From contig DASSXV010000007.1 in NCBI GenBank assembly GCA_035703635.1, forward strand, positions 1 to 64,000: DNA of 64,000 bases, in the 5' to 3' direction. A program made the position numbers and the translations under genes. The number at the start of each line of letters is the position of its first letter. Position 1 is the stretch's first letter. The DNA is from Trueperaceae bacterium (GTDB taxonomy: Bacteria; Deinococcota; Deinococci; Deinococcales; Trueperaceae). The notes beneath the pieces were generated by a model that saw only the letters and a program-made list of their open reading frames with translations, did no database searches and was not told the origin of the DNA. Below are positions 21,758 through 31,557 of the stretch, in pieces.

Positions 21758-22282
21758 ATGCGCCCCCGAACCTTCACCCTCACTCGCAGCAAGCCGCCCG
21801 CTTGGCGCGCCCGTCGAAGACGAGCCACCGGCCTCGCGCTCCTCGAACTTATCGTCGTGCTCGCGTTACTCGCTCTACTGGTGTCGTTCGCGTTCGCCCT
21901 CGGCCGGCCGAGCCACGCTCGGCGTGCCGCCAGCGCCATGCGCACTGCCATCCTGTGGGCCCGCACTGAGGCCATGTGGGGCGGCGTTGCGGTCAGCGTT
22001 ACCGAAGCCACGAGCGGGCAAGGGGTCGTGGTGAGAACGGCAACCGACCCAGCGAACCCGTGCACCGCCGGCACGGTCCTTACCAGGGTGCTGCTCGCTG
22101 AGTTCCCCGGCGTACGGCTCGAGGCCGGCTTGCCGCGCGGGTTGGTCTGGCTACCTAGCGGCTCGGGGAGGAGCTGCGCTGGCGGCGGCGTGATCTCGGG
22201 GACGATGGTCCTGGCAGACGGTCGCGCGTCAGTCCGACTGATCATCTCCGCGTTAGGCCGCGTACGGCTTGAGGCGCCATGA
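21758..22282 (+). CDS. Type IV minor pilin, FimT/GspH-like
   Basis: Basic leader then G|LALLELIVVLALLALL (class III signal, E5); A..WARTEA; C-terminal ISALGRVR. Confidence 0.82.
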   Translation: MRPRTFTLTRSKPPAWRARRRRATGLALLELIVVLALLALLVSFAFALGRPSHARRAASAMRTAILWARTEAMWGGVAVSVTEATSGQGVVVRTATDPANPCTAGTVLTRVLLAEFPGVRLEAGLPRGLVWLPSGSGRSCAGGGVISGTMVLADGRASVRLIISALGRVRLEAP

Positions 22283-22647
22283 GAGCCGGAGTCACGTTGA
22301 TCGAGACGCTGGTAGCCTTGGCAGTTCTAGCCATCGTCGGCGCCGCCCTCGTCGGCTTGCAAGTAGCTAGCTTGCGCGCGCAGCGCACCGCCAGCGCCGT
22401 GCATGCCCATGCGGCGATCCTGAGGGACGAGCTGGTGTTGCAGCGCGTCGTCCCAACTGCCGCTAGCGGCCCATGCCTAGCCCAGAAGCTGGCACCAGAT
22501 GTGAGTTGCGAGGTCGAGAGAACGTGCGTTGCAACGCCTCTTGGGCCGTGCGCCGTCGTTGGAGTCGCCATACGAGTTTCGACGGTCGGTGGCCCGGAAC
22601 TAGTTGGTCGCTCGGCCGTAACGATGTGGTTGGAGGGTCAACCGTGA
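22279..22647 (+). CDS. Type IV minor pilin, PilV/GspI-like
   Basis: MRAG|VTLIETLVALAVL; four Cys in the head domain; ATGA overlap. Confidence 0.82.
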   Translation: MRAGVTLIETLVALAVLAIVGAALVGLQVASLRAQRTASAVHAHAAILRDELVLQRVVPTAASGPCLAQKLAPDVSCEVERTCVATPLGPCAVVGVAIRVSTVGGPELVGRSAVTMWLEGQP

Positions 22648-23264
22648 GAGGTCGGGCCGGGTTCACGCTCATCGAGGTACTCGTGACCATGGCGCTCGGC
22701 GCCGTCATCATCGGTGTGCTTGGCGCCCTCACGGCGGGTGGCCGGCGCAACGCTGCAACGGTGGAGCAGCGGGCCGACACGGCCGCTGCCCTGCGGCTAG
22801 CGGCTGAGTTGCTGCAAGAGGAGGTGCGCCTCGCCGGGGCCGTGCCTTGGCCCACTCCTGGCGCTGACCTGGAAGTTGCGGACCTGGACGCGTGGCTAAC
22901 CCCGGCCTTGACCATCACGGAGCTCTCCGTTGGTCACGCCGTCGCCATGCGCGGCGTCGATCACCGTCTCGCGGAAGGCGCGGTGGCACGAGAAGTCGCC
23001 TTTGACGTAGGTACCGACGCGCGAGGGGAAGCGCAACTCTACCGTCGGCCAGCCGGATCGACGAGGCAACCGCTTGTTTCCGATATCGAAGAGCTAGTGG
23101 TCGAATGGGTTATCACGGCTTCAGGTGAGCGCATCGAACCGGCGGCGGCCGATGGACTGAACTTGGCCGCGCTAGGTGTTGAGGTCGCCAGCGCAGGCGA
23201 ACGCTTGCAGTTCGTGCTCGAACTACCGGCGCGACCCGTTGCCAGAGTGAGGGGAAGGCCATGA
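22644..23264 (+). CDS. Type IV minor pilin, PilW/GspJ-like
   Basis: GTG 22644: MRGRAG|FTLIEVLVTMALG; LYRR...QPLVSDIE. Confidence 0.82.
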   Translation: MRGRAGFTLIEVLVTMALGAVIIGVLGALTAGGRRNAATVEQRADTAAALRLAAELLQEEVRLAGAVPWPTPGADLEVADLDAWLTPALTITELSVGHAVAMRGVDHRLAEGAVAREVAFDVGTDARGEAQLYRRPAGSTRQPLVSDIEELVVEWVITASGERIEPAAADGLNLAALGVEVASAGERLQFVLELPARPVARVRGRP

Positions 23265-23698
23265 AGCGGCGAGCAGCGCCAGGCCGTGTGCCCCGAGTGC
23301 GCCGGCACGTGGTTGCCCGCAAGACGGACGCCCAACGTGGCGCCGTCCTGGTAACCGTCCTTGGAGGCGTGCTCCTGGTGGCGGCCATCTTGTTCGCGGC
23401 GATCTTCGCGGTCACCCTCGAGACCATGGGCGCGAGAAGCGCCGCCCGCGCCGCGCTGAACGACGCGGCCCAACAGGGTGCCCTCAGTCTGGCCGTGGCA
23501 GAACTCGTAGCTGGCAGTGTGGAGGCGCCGGCCGTGCTCGGTCCGTGGCCCGACCTCGGGATAAGGGCACAAGTGCTGATCAGGGTGGTGGCGCCAGACG
23601 TAGTTGCGTTAGAGACGCGCCTCGAGCAGGCTAACGCCGCTCCTGCGCGCCTGACCCTCGCGCTTGGACCCGAGCCGCACGTATTGTGGCGGCCGTGA
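23261..23698 (+). CDS. Type IV minor pilin, PilX/GspK-like
   Basis: QRG|AVLVTVLGGVLLVAAIL lacking E5 (typical of PilX/GspK); last gene of the pilin quartet. Confidence 0.7.
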   Translation: MKRRAAPGRVPRVRRHVVARKTDAQRGAVLVTVLGGVLLVAAILFAAIFAVTLETMGARSAARAALNDAAQQGALSLAVAELVAGSVEAPAVLGPWPDLGIRAQVLIRVVAPDVVALETRLEQANAAPARLTLALGPEPHVLWRP

Positions 23699-23755
23699 AC
23701 CGCCGCTCCGCGGCCATCAGCTTGACACTTAGGTGGGAGGCTGAAACGATACGGC

Positions 23756-24298
23756 GTGACCGGCTCCTCGAACCCGACCCGCGCGCTACTCTGCGCCGCG
23801 CTCCTCGCGAGCGCAACGCCCGTTACGGCCCGCGAGCTCAAGACGCTCCTAGGAGTGAGCGAGGACGCCCTCGAACGCGAAGTGAACGCCCTACGCACCG
23901 CGCTGGCGGAAGCAGGCCTTGGCATCGTGGTCGAGAACGTCGCTGGTGGGTACAGACTGGTGGTCGATCCAGCGCTGGTGCCCGCGCTCGCCTCGCTGCT
24001 CTCGCCGCCGCCACTACCGCAGCTAAGTCAAGCGGCGCTCGAAACGCTAGCGTTGGTGGCCTACCACCAACCGGTCACGCGCGGCGAGGTAGAGGCCGCG
24101 CGCGGCGCGTCGTGCAGCTCGACCCTGGAAACGCTGCAAGAACGCGAGTTGGTGAAGGTCGTCGGCCAGAAGGAAGTTGTGGGTCGACCGCTCCTGTACG
24201 CCACCACCGAGAGGTTCCTGCTCGAGTTCGGCCTTGCGTCGCTAGCGGACCTGCCGCCGATGCAAGACGATCAACCAGGCAACTTCCTGCGCGGCTAG
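23756..24298 (+). CDS. scpB: SMC-Scp complex subunit ScpB
   Basis: VAGGYRL, LSQAALETLALVAYHQPVTR, GRPLLYATTERFL..FGL.SL.DLP. Confidence 0.95.
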   Translation: MTGSSNPTRALLCAALLASATPVTARELKTLLGVSEDALEREVNALRTALAEAGLGIVVENVAGGYRLVVDPALVPALASLLSPPPLPQLSQAALETLALVAYHQPVTRGEVEAARGASCSSTLETLQERELVKVVGQKEVVGRPLLYATTERFLLEFGLASLADLPPMQDDQPGNFLRG

Positions 24299-24304
24299 CA
24301 GCCG

Positions 24305-24745
24305 CTAGACGGCCGCTGCACCCAACTCCGCCAAGTAGCGGATGGCGAAGCGGTAACCAGAGGCCCCAAGCCCGACGATGCTACCTGCACACACCGCTGC
24401 CACCAGGCTGCGGTGGCGGAACTCCTCGCGGGCCGCCGTGTTACTGAGGTGCACTTCAACGACGGGCAGGGTGATGGCGGCGATTGCGTCCCGCAGGGCC
24501 ACACTCGTGTGCGTGTACCCGCCAGGGTTCAGAACGACCCCGTGAGCGCCCTCCGCGCTGGCGCCATGCAGCCAATCGATCAGTTGGCCCTCGTGGTTGC
24601 TCTGACGGCAGCTCGCGCGATAACCCAACTCGGCTGCCGTGGCGGTGCACATGGCCTCGATGTCCTGCAGCGAGAAATGCCCATAGACCTCAGGCTCGCG
24701 TTGGCCAAGTAGGTTGAGGTTGGGTCCGTTCAGCACCATGATCAT
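24305..24745 (-). CDS. aroQ: Type II 3-dehydroquinate dehydratase
   Basis: VLNGPNLNLLGQREPEVYG, QSNHEG, NPGGYTHTS, EVHLSN...REEFRH. Confidence 0.97.
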   Translation of the reverse strand: MIMVLNGPNLNLLGQREPEVYGHFSLQDIEAMCTATAAELGYRASCRQSNHEGQLIDWLHGASAEGAHGVVLNPGGYTHTSVALRDAIAAITLPVVEVHLSNTAAREEFRHRSLVAAVCAGSIVGLGASGYRFAIRYLAELGAAAV

Positions 24746-25830
24746 GCGGTTTCCTCCAGCTCGGCCCACGCGGCCTCCAACTCGTCACTCGTCAAGTTGG
24801 CAACCACCACCGGTTTGCCAACGTCCTCGAGGAGCACCATGCGCAAGCGGCCCGCCGCCACCTTCTTGTCGCGCCCCATGAACTCGAGCAGGGTCGCGAA
24901 GTCAGCGCGAGGCAACGGCCTCGGCGCCACCCAGCGCAGAAACTCGCGGGTGCGGCTCACCAGGTCTACGTAACCACGGCGGCGCCCCACGATGGCCGCG
25001 TAAACGAGGCCATAAGCCACCGCGTCCCCGTGCGCCAGCGAGTGGCCGCTAGCCGCCTCCAACGCGTGCGCCAAAGTATGGCCGAGGTTCAAGTGGGTGC
25101 GCACGCCAGACTCGCGCTCATCGGCAGCCACGACGCCAGCCTTGATGGCCACGTTGCGCGCGACGACGGCCGTCAGGCGCTCGGCAGGCGCGTCAAGCGC
25201 CCAACCTGCTCCTAGCGCCGTCAACAGGTCACCATCAGCCAACAGGCCATGTTTGAACGCCTCGACGGTGCCTTGCCTGAACTCGTGCGGTGGGAGGGTG
25301 CGAAGGGCATTCACGTCGGCGACAACGGCCCGGGGCTGCCAGAATGCGCCAACCAGGTTCTTGCCATGCGGTAGGTCGAGACCCGTCTTGCCTCCAACGC
25401 TGGCATCGACCATGGCGAGCAGGGAAGTGGGCGCCTGGTAGAACGCGATGCCCCGAAGGTAACTGGCCGCTACGAAACCAGCGAGGTCGCCAACGACGCC
25501 GCCCCCAAGCGCCACCACAGCGGCGTCGCGCGGCAGGCTAGCCTCCGCCAGGGCCTCCAGGAGCGCTCCGTAGCGCTCCAGCGACTTGCTCGCCTCACCA
25601 GGCGGCACGACCAACGGCAGCACGCTCTTACCAGCCGCCGTAAGCGCCTCGACGACACCTTCGCCGTGCGCCGCCATGACCGTCTCGTCGCTGATCAACG
25701 CGACCCGGTCCTGTGACACGACAGCGGGCAGGAGAGTGCGCAACAGGCCAGGCCCAACGCTGACGTCGTACGCCTGCTCGACCGCTACTCGCACTACTTT
25801 GACATCGCTGGCTGCACTGCTCGCGCTCAC
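24742..25830 (-). CDS. aroB: 3-dehydroquinate synthase
   Basis: GEASKS, LGGGVVGDLAGF, PTSLLAMVDASVGGKTG, LNLGHTLAHALE. Confidence 0.97.
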   Translation of the reverse strand: MSASSAASDVKVVRVAVEQAYDVSVGPGLLRTLLPAVVSQDRVALISDETVMAAHGEGVVEALTAAGKSVLPLVVPPGEASKSLERYGALLEALAEASLPRDAAVVALGGGVVGDLAGFVAASYLRGIAFYQAPTSLLAMVDASVGGKTGLDLPHGKNLVGAFWQPRAVVADVNALRTLPPHEFRQGTVEAFKHGLLADGDLLTALGAGWALDAPAERLTAVVARNVAIKAGVVAADERESGVRTHLNLGHTLAHALEAASGHSLAHGDAVAYGLVYAAIVGRRRGYVDLVSRTREFLRWVAPRPLPRADFATLLEFMGRDKKVAAGRLRMVLLEDVGKPVVVANLTSDELEAAWAELEETA

Positions 25831-26438
25831 GCGTCGCCGTCCTCGTGCAGCTTGGTGGGAGCGTCGGCCGCGAGTCGGGCGTCCTGCTCGCGCTTCCAGT
25901 CCTGCAACCGCTCCACGATCTCCTCCACGACCTCAGCCGAAGGCCGACCGTCCGTCGACACCTTGAACGAAGCGACTTCGTCGTATGCCTGCGCACGAGC
26001 AGCCATCAACTCGCCGATGCGCTTGAGGGGGTCGGCGTGCTCGAGCAGCGGCCGCTTGTTACGGCGGGTGCGCCGGAAGATCGTCTCAGGGCTGGCGGTG
26101 AGCACCACGACGGGGCCGCGGGCACGGAGTACGGCGCGGTTCTCAGGGCGCACGACGGTGCCGCCGCCCGTGGAGATGACGACCTCGTCGAGGCGCACGG
26201 AGCGCCTCACGACTTCGGCCTCGTAATCGCGGAACACACCCTCGCCGTAGAGTTCGAACAGGTCGGGGATGCGCATGCAGCTAACGCGCTCGATGACGCG
26301 GTCCGTATCGATGAACGTCAGTTGCAGGCGCCGCGACAGCTCCCAGCCGATCCGGCTCTTACCCGTACCCATGAAGCCAGCCATGGCCAACCACGTGACC
26401 ACGCGCTCGGGGGCGAAGTGCCTGTGACCGCCGGTCAT
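25827..26438 (-). CDS. aroK: Shikimate kinase
   Basis: GFMGTGKS, GEGVFRDYE, STGGG, RPLL. Confidence 0.96.
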   Translation of the reverse strand: MTGGHRHFAPERVVTWLAMAGFMGTGKSRIGWELSRRLQLTFIDTDRVIERVSCMRIPDLFELYGEGVFRDYEAEVVRRSVRLDEVVISTGGGTVVRPENRAVLRARGPVVVLTASPETIFRRTRRNKRPLLEHADPLKRIGELMAARAQAYDEVASFKVSTDGRPSAEVVEEIVERLQDWKREQDARLAADAPTKLHEDGDA

Positions 26439-26453
26439 GCCGCCGTGATCCCG

Positions 26454-27608
26454 TCAGTATGTCGCCGTGTAGGCGCGGTGGGCGTCGAGGCGTTGGCGCA
26501 TCTCGTGCACGGTGTCGGAGCCGAACTTGTCGCCGAGTGACCGCGCCAGCGTCAGGGCGGTCATGGCCAGCACCACGATCGAGGCTGCGGGCACGGCCGT
26601 CACGTCGGAGCGCTCGCGAGAAGCGTCGGCTGGCGCGTGAGTGACCACGTCGACGGTTGGCAGCGGCCGCATCAAGGTGGCTATCGGCTTCATGGCCGCC
26701 CTCACCACTAGCTCCTCCCCGTTCGTCATGCCGCCCTCGAGCCCGCCCGAGCGGTTGCTGGCGCGCGAATAGCGCTCAACGCCACCGACGATGGGGTCGT
26801 GCACCTCGCTGCCAGGCAGGCTGGCCGCGCGCCAACCGTCGCCGATCTCGACGCCCTTGATGGCGGGGATGCTCATGACGGCCTGCGCGAGCTGACCGTC
26901 GAGTTTGCGGTCCCACTGCACGAAGCTACCGAGGCCAACTGGCACGCCCTTGAAGCGCGCCTCGACGACTCCGCCGAGGGTGTCTCCCCGCTCCTTGGCG
27001 GCGTCGATGAGGTCGATGATCTGCTCCTCTGCCGACTGGTCGAACGAGCGCAGTGGGCTAGCGTCGAGCACCTCGAGGCGTTCCCAGTCCATGCCGCCGT
27101 CACAATCGACGCCAGCGAGACTGATGACCCGCGCGCTGGCGGAGATGCCGAGCTCGTCGAGCAAGCGCAGCGCGACGGCACCGGCCGCAACGCGGGAGGC
27201 GGTCTCGCGGGCCGAGGCGCGCTCCAGCACGTCACGCAGGTCCTTGTGGCCGTACTTGACGCCGCCGGCTAGGTCCGCGTGACCGGGCCGCGGTTGGGTG
27301 AGGGCGCGCTTGCGCGGCTCGTTGCCGGGCTCGGCGGCCATGACGTCCTGCCAGTTGGCCCAGTCCCGGTTGACGATCTCGATGGCGAGTGGCGCCCCAG
27401 TGGTGCGGCCGGCACGCACGCCTCCCTTGAAGGTGGCGCGGTCCTGCTCTATGACCATGCGTTGCCCGCGACCGTAACCGCCTTGGCGCCTACGTAGCCA
27501 CGGGTCGATGTGCTCGGCTGCGGTTAGCGAGAGGCCGGCTGGAACTCCGTCGAGGATGACTGTTAGGGCGGGGCCGTGCGACTCACCGGCGCTGAGGTAC
27601 CTGAGCAT
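26454..27608 (-). CDS. aroC: Chorismate synthase
   Basis: MLRYLSAGESHG, PRPGHADL, ERASARET, GGLEGGMTNG, MKPIATL. Confidence 0.97.
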   Translation of the reverse strand: MLRYLSAGESHGPALTVILDGVPAGLSLTAAEHIDPWLRRRQGGYGRGQRMVIEQDRATFKGGVRAGRTTGAPLAIEIVNRDWANWQDVMAAEPGNEPRKRALTQPRPGHADLAGGVKYGHKDLRDVLERASARETASRVAAGAVALRLLDELGISASARVISLAGVDCDGGMDWERLEVLDASPLRSFDQSAEEQIIDLIDAAKERGDTLGGVVEARFKGVPVGLGSFVQWDRKLDGQLAQAVMSIPAIKGVEIGDGWRAASLPGSEVHDPIVGGVERYSRASNRSGGLEGGMTNGEELVVRAAMKPIATLMRPLPTVDVVTHAPADASRERSDVTAVPAASIVVLAMTALTLARSLGDKFGSDTVHEMRQRLDAHRAYTATY

Positions 27609-27620
27609 CGGGCTAGCGTA
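27609..27620 (-). promoter_or_regulatory. -10 box of leaderless aroC
   Basis: TACGCT-AGCCCG-ATG on the minus strand. Confidence 0.65.
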
Positions 27621-27661
27621 GCACGCGCCCAAGTGCGTGCCGGTGGGAGGAAACCCCCGCC

Positions 27662-27698
27662 AAAAGGAAAGGCGCCAGGTCCGTGAGGGCCTGACGCC
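27662..27698 (-). terminator. Intrinsic terminator after pilQ
   Basis: Minus strand GGCGTCAGGCCC-TCAC-GGACCTGGCGCC followed by TTTCCTTTT. Confidence 0.75.
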
Positions 27699-27725
27699 GA
27701 GGCGGTGAGCGGTGACTAGCTTAGG

Positions 27726-29192
27726 TCAGTCGACAACCTGTGCGGTGACGATGAGGAGGAGGTCAGTCGTCTCGTCCTCAGAGGTCGTCGAACCGAAGAG
27801 CTCGCCGATGATAGGGATGTACCCGAGCACCGGCACGCGCTTCTTCGTCAGTTGGAACTGGTTCTGCATGAGGCCGCCGAGGAGCGCGGTCTGGCCGGGC
27901 TGCAGGCTCACGGTGGAGGAGACGGAGCGGTTCGAGAGGTTCAAGAAGCTCGGGTCGTTCGTGGTCGACAACACGTCCTCGACCTTGGCGGTGATCTCGA
28001 GCGTGACGCTGCCGTCGTTAGCGATGCGGGGCGTGACTTGGAGCTGCACGCCGTAAGGGATCTCGCGCTCGATGTTCTCGCTTGCGCCCGGGATGCTGAT
28101 GAAGATGGTGCCGCCGGACTGGATGTAGCCGGTCTGGTTGTCGAGGACGGTGAGGTTGCCGTCGTCGACGCGGCGGGAGAGCCCCTGCGTCTCGAGCGCG
28201 TCAAGCACGGCGCCGATGTTGAAGGAGGAGACGGCGGCGGCCGTGTCGAAGATGAAGCGCAAGCCCGTGTCGAGGATGCTAGCCGACAGCTGCCCGAAAC
28301 CGCCCGTGAGGTCGAGCCCGAGGTCGTAAGTGATGCTGTGCGCGACTTCCTGAATGCGCACCTGCACGTTCACTTGCTGCCTGCGCTCGTCCAATTGCGG
28401 GATGAGTTCGGCGAAGCGCGCCTGCACGGCGGCGGAGCCCGTGACGATCAGGGCGTTGGCGCGCGGCTCGGCGACGACGGTGAAGTCGGCGAGGGTGGTG
28501 GTCGCGCCTTCTGCGTCCGTAGTGACGACGCCCGTCGCCTGCAGCACGGTCGCGAGGTCAGCCGCGACGGCGTTGCTGAGGAAGTAGGTGCGCTGCTCTA
28601 GCTGCACTTGCTCAGCGGCGGTGTCGAACTGCGCGAGGAGGCGGCTGACGCGGTCGTGCTCGGCCTCGGTCGCGACGACCATGATGCTGTTGACGCCAGG
28701 CAGCGCCTGAGCGTCTAGCCCCGGCATGGCGCGCTGGAGGATATCGACCACTTCTGCTGGGTTGGAGTTGACGCGGTAGAAGCGCTGATCAACGGGTGCG
28801 CTGGCGGGGGCCTCTGCGGCCGCCGGCGCGGCAGGGGTGCGCAAGCGGTTGACGGACGCCGTCGGCCCGACGACGACGATGTCGTTCTCGAGCAGCACGT
28901 AATCGAGGTCGTTGAGGGTGAGGACGAGGTTCCACACTTGCCTGAACGGCTTGGCCTCGCCGATGTCGTAAACGATGACCTGGTTGGGTACGTCGTCGGT
29001 TACGGCCGTGAGACCGATGGCGCGCGCGAGCGCCGTCAGCATGACGGGGAGCTGCTCGCCGGCCGTGCCGGTGCTGAACTCGACGGGCGCGTCGTAACGC
29101 GCGTCTGAGGGAAGGGGGGCGAGTGCCCCCTGGGCGAACGCGACCGCCAGTGTCGCGATGAACGTCAAGATGAGGTTTCGCTTCATGATCAC
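27726..29192 (-). CDS. pilQ: Type IV pilus/competence secretin
   Basis: Signal peptide, N domains (RANALIVTG), QVNVQVRIQEV, YGVQLQVTPRI, VPVLGYIPIIGELF; start may be ATG 29186. Confidence 0.92.
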   Translation of the reverse strand: MIMKRNLILTFIATLAVAFAQGALAPLPSDARYDAPVEFSTGTAGEQLPVMLTALARAIGLTAVTDDVPNQVIVYDIGEAKPFRQVWNLVLTLNDLDYVLLENDIVVVGPTASVNRLRTPAAPAAAEAPASAPVDQRFYRVNSNPAEVVDILQRAMPGLDAQALPGVNSIMVVATEAEHDRVSRLLAQFDTAAEQVQLEQRTYFLSNAVAADLATVLQATGVVTTDAEGATTTLADFTVVAEPRANALIVTGSAAVQARFAELIPQLDERRQQVNVQVRIQEVAHSITYDLGLDLTGGFGQLSASILDTGLRFIFDTAAAVSSFNIGAVLDALETQGLSRRVDDGNLTVLDNQTGYIQSGGTIFISIPGASENIEREIPYGVQLQVTPRIANDGSVTLEITAKVEDVLSTTNDPSFLNLSNRSVSSTVSLQPGQTALLGGLMQNQFQLTKKRVPVLGYIPIIGELFGSTTSEDETTDLLLIVTAQVVD

Positions 29193-30364
29193 CGCCTGAT
29201 ATCCAAGGAGAGCACCTGGGTGTTGTCGCCCAGCGAGAACTTAGCTTCGTATCCGCGCAGGTCCGCCAGCACGATTTCGGTATCCGGCAGGGTCTGACCT
29301 AGGGTGAGGACCATCGGTTGGTCGAACTGCTTGGCGCGGAACACGCCTACGCTGAGGGGACCGAGCGCCGTGCCGGTGAAGCGCACGTCGTTGTCGCGGA
29401 GGTAGCGGCTCAGCTGGTCGGCGCCGACGACGAGTGGCAGGCCTGAGGAGCCGGAAGCCTTGACGGATTCGGCGGTCGGTTGCCCCGGCCCGAGCACGCC
29501 AAGACCAGCTGGACTGGTAACGGCGGTTTGTGGCTGAACGGCAGGTAGGGCCGACGCAGCGCTAGTTTCTGGCACCTTGACGGCGGCAACCTCGGCGAGG
29601 CTCTGTGGGCCGCTTGGGGTGCTTGCGACGGTGCGTGCGTCACGCAGGATGTCGGGCGTGACTGGCAGTGTGCCGCCAGGCAGCGGCCGTGGCAGGTCAG
29701 AAGCGCGCGTTGGTGCTGGGGCGACGGCGCGCGGTGCTGGCGCCTGAACTGGCGCGCCAACCGCGGAGGCGCTCGTGCCGGCAGCGCCCGCGGTGGTCGA
29801 GCCGGCGGCGGTGGGCTGCCCATTCGAGTTGACGATCACGACGTCGGGTTCGCTGCTTGGCTCGGCGGCCGCTAGTACGGGTGCGGGTTCGGCTGGTGGC
29901 GCCTGCACGATGACGGGCGAGAAGGGGTTGATGTTGCCCCTCAGGCCCGCAACGGCGCGCCCGGCCTCGGTGGCGGCCTCGCCTTCCGCGGCCGCCTCAG
30001 GTGCGGGCGGCGTGGTTACGAGGAACGGCAGGTCGTCGACCACTAAGTCGCGCAACACCACGGTCGGCGGCGTGACGACGGCTGGCGCGGCGGCGGAAGG
30101 TAGCCCGCCCTGCGCGGCGGCGTCGGCTGCGGCGGCGGGCGCCTCGCCCTCCAGGGGAGTGCCTTCCGCCGCGGCGCCGCCGCTAAGGGCGTTCACGGTC
30201 GGCGCGGTGGTAGTGGCGTCAGCCGCGGCCGCACCTGGGATGGTCGTTGGCTGAGCTAGGGGCGCGACTGAGTCGGGTTGGTTGAAGAAGTTCACCCAGA
30301 AGAACGCGGCCGCGGCCACGAGCAGGAGCGCGATCAGGATTCGAGCGGTTCTAGACAAGGTCAT
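29189..30364 (-). CDS. Membrane-anchored Ala/Pro/Thr-rich pilus assembly protein (PilW-like slot of Thermus-type pilMNOWQ)
   Basis: N-terminal TM, low-complexity linker, NPFSP motif, position between pilO and pilQ. Confidence 0.65.
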   Translation of the reverse strand: MTLSRTARILIALLLVAAAAFFWVNFFNQPDSVAPLAQPTTIPGAAAADATTTAPTVNALSGGAAAEGTPLEGEAPAAAADAAAQGGLPSAAAPAVVTPPTVVLRDLVVDDLPFLVTTPPAPEAAAEGEAATEAGRAVAGLRGNINPFSPVIVQAPPAEPAPVLAAAEPSSEPDVVIVNSNGQPTAAGSTTAGAAGTSASAVGAPVQAPAPRAVAPAPTRASDLPRPLPGGTLPVTPDILRDARTVASTPSGPQSLAEVAAVKVPETSAASALPAVQPQTAVTSPAGLGVLGPGQPTAESVKASGSSGLPLVVGADQLSRYLRDNDVRFTGTALGPLSVGVFRAKQFDQPMVLTLGQTLPDTEIVLADLRGYEAKFSLGDNTQVLSLDIRR

Positions 30365-30367
30365 GGC

Positions 30368-30952
30368 CTACTGCTCCCCTGGGTCGCTACCGGTGTAAAC
30401 GTAGACGGTGAACGAGAAGGCGGCGTTTAGGAGCGGGTCGGTTGACGTGTTCTCGTCGAGGTCAAGCGACACCTGGCCGATCTTGGCGAAGCGCTGCATG
30501 CCCTCGAGGCGGCCAAGGTAGCTCATGGTCTGAGCGTAACTGCCCTGCGTGGAGATGTTGAACCCGATGGGCCTCACGTCTTGGATCTGACCTTGCGCGG
30601 AGCCCTGACTGAACGACTGGAGGGTCACGTCCGAAGCTTGCGCACTGGCGCGCACCGAGTCGATCAACCCGGCGATGTCGCTCTCGCGCGGGAGTTGCGC
30701 GAGGAAGTCGCGGCGGTCGGCCTCGAGCTCGATGACGGCGAGGCGCAGGTCAGGCAAGTTGCGCCGCGCGTCCTCTCCGCGCCGGATGTCGGCGTCTAGA
30801 CGCGTGATGTCCGACTCCAGTTGGCTGATGCGCTCGAGGGTGGGGGAGTACATGTAGAAGTACCAGAGCACGCCCGCCACGAGCGAGAGCACGATGAACA
30901 AGATGGCCCAGTCGCGCTGCCGCAGGCGTTTGAGGCTGAATGTCCGGGTCAT
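30368..30952 (-). CDS. pilO: Type IV pilus assembly protein PilO
   Basis: TM, coiled coil, QLPRESDIAGL, GSYAQTMSYL..LEGMQR. Confidence 0.88.
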   Translation of the reverse strand: MTRTFSLKRLRQRDWAILFIVLSLVAGVLWYFYMYSPTLERISQLESDITRLDADIRRGEDARRNLPDLRLAVIELEADRRDFLAQLPRESDIAGLIDSVRASAQASDVTLQSFSQGSAQGQIQDVRPIGFNISTQGSYAQTMSYLGRLEGMQRFAKIGQVSLDLDENTSTDPLLNAAFSFTVYVYTGSDPGEQ

Positions 30953-31557
30953 GGGTTGCCAACCTGTAGCGCACCGACGGTGAGCGAGTACTGGTAGAGA
31001 CCCTCTTCGCTGTCTCGTTGCGCGTTCTGGAACGACACGCCGTACGCGGAGTTGGTCTCGAGCGCCCTGATGAAGTCCGCGAGCACCTCTGGGCTGACCA
31101 CCGTGCCTGAAACCGACATCTCAGCCATGATCGGACGACCCTCGTAACGCTGAGGGTCTGACCGCGCCGGCACGACGCTCTGCATCGAGAGCGAGCGGAA
31201 GTCGATGTTCGGGCGCGTGCCGCCACCGACTGGCAGCGTCTCGAGCAGCCCGGCGATCTCGCTCGTCCACACGACGGTGTTCTCGCGCACGCTGCGCGCG
31301 ACGGCGATCAGTTGGTTGAGCTGCTGTTGCCTCGCGAGGAGGTCGCGCTGTTCACGGAGGAACGGTTGCAGCAGGGCCAACTGGTCCTCGCGAGCGAGCT
31401 TCTCGCGCTGCAGGTTGCTGGCGGTGGAGTTGGCGGAGAACTGCATGATGCCAGCCACGAGCAAGACGAGGAGCGGGAAGGCCACGGCCAGGAGGCGCCA
31501 GTAACCTGGTTCGCGGACGCGACGCAGGTTCCTCGGCAGGAGGTTGATGTTAATCAA
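30949..31557 (-). CDS. pilN: Type IV pilus assembly protein PilN
   Basis: N-terminal INLLP PilM-binding motif, TM, coiled coil. Confidence 0.9.
   Translation of the reverse strand: MININLLPRNLRRVREPGYWRLLAVAFPLLVLLVAGIMQFSANSTASNLQREKLAREDQLALLQPFLREQRDLLARQQQLNQLIAVARSVRENTVVWTSEIAGLLETLPVGGGTRPNIDFRSLSMQSVVPARSDPQRYEGRPIMAEMSVSGTVVSPEVLADFIRALETNSAYGVSFQNAQRDSEEGLYQYSLTVGALQVGNP

Noticed and set aside
23722-23755. TTGACA promoter for scpB
   Set aside because: The hexamer at correct spacing (AACGAT) is a poor -10 match; not supportable
29500-30250. Repetitive Ala/Pro/Thr-rich stretch
   Set aside because: Low-complexity linker inside the PilW-like CDS; no exact DNA tandem repeat or CRISPR periodicity
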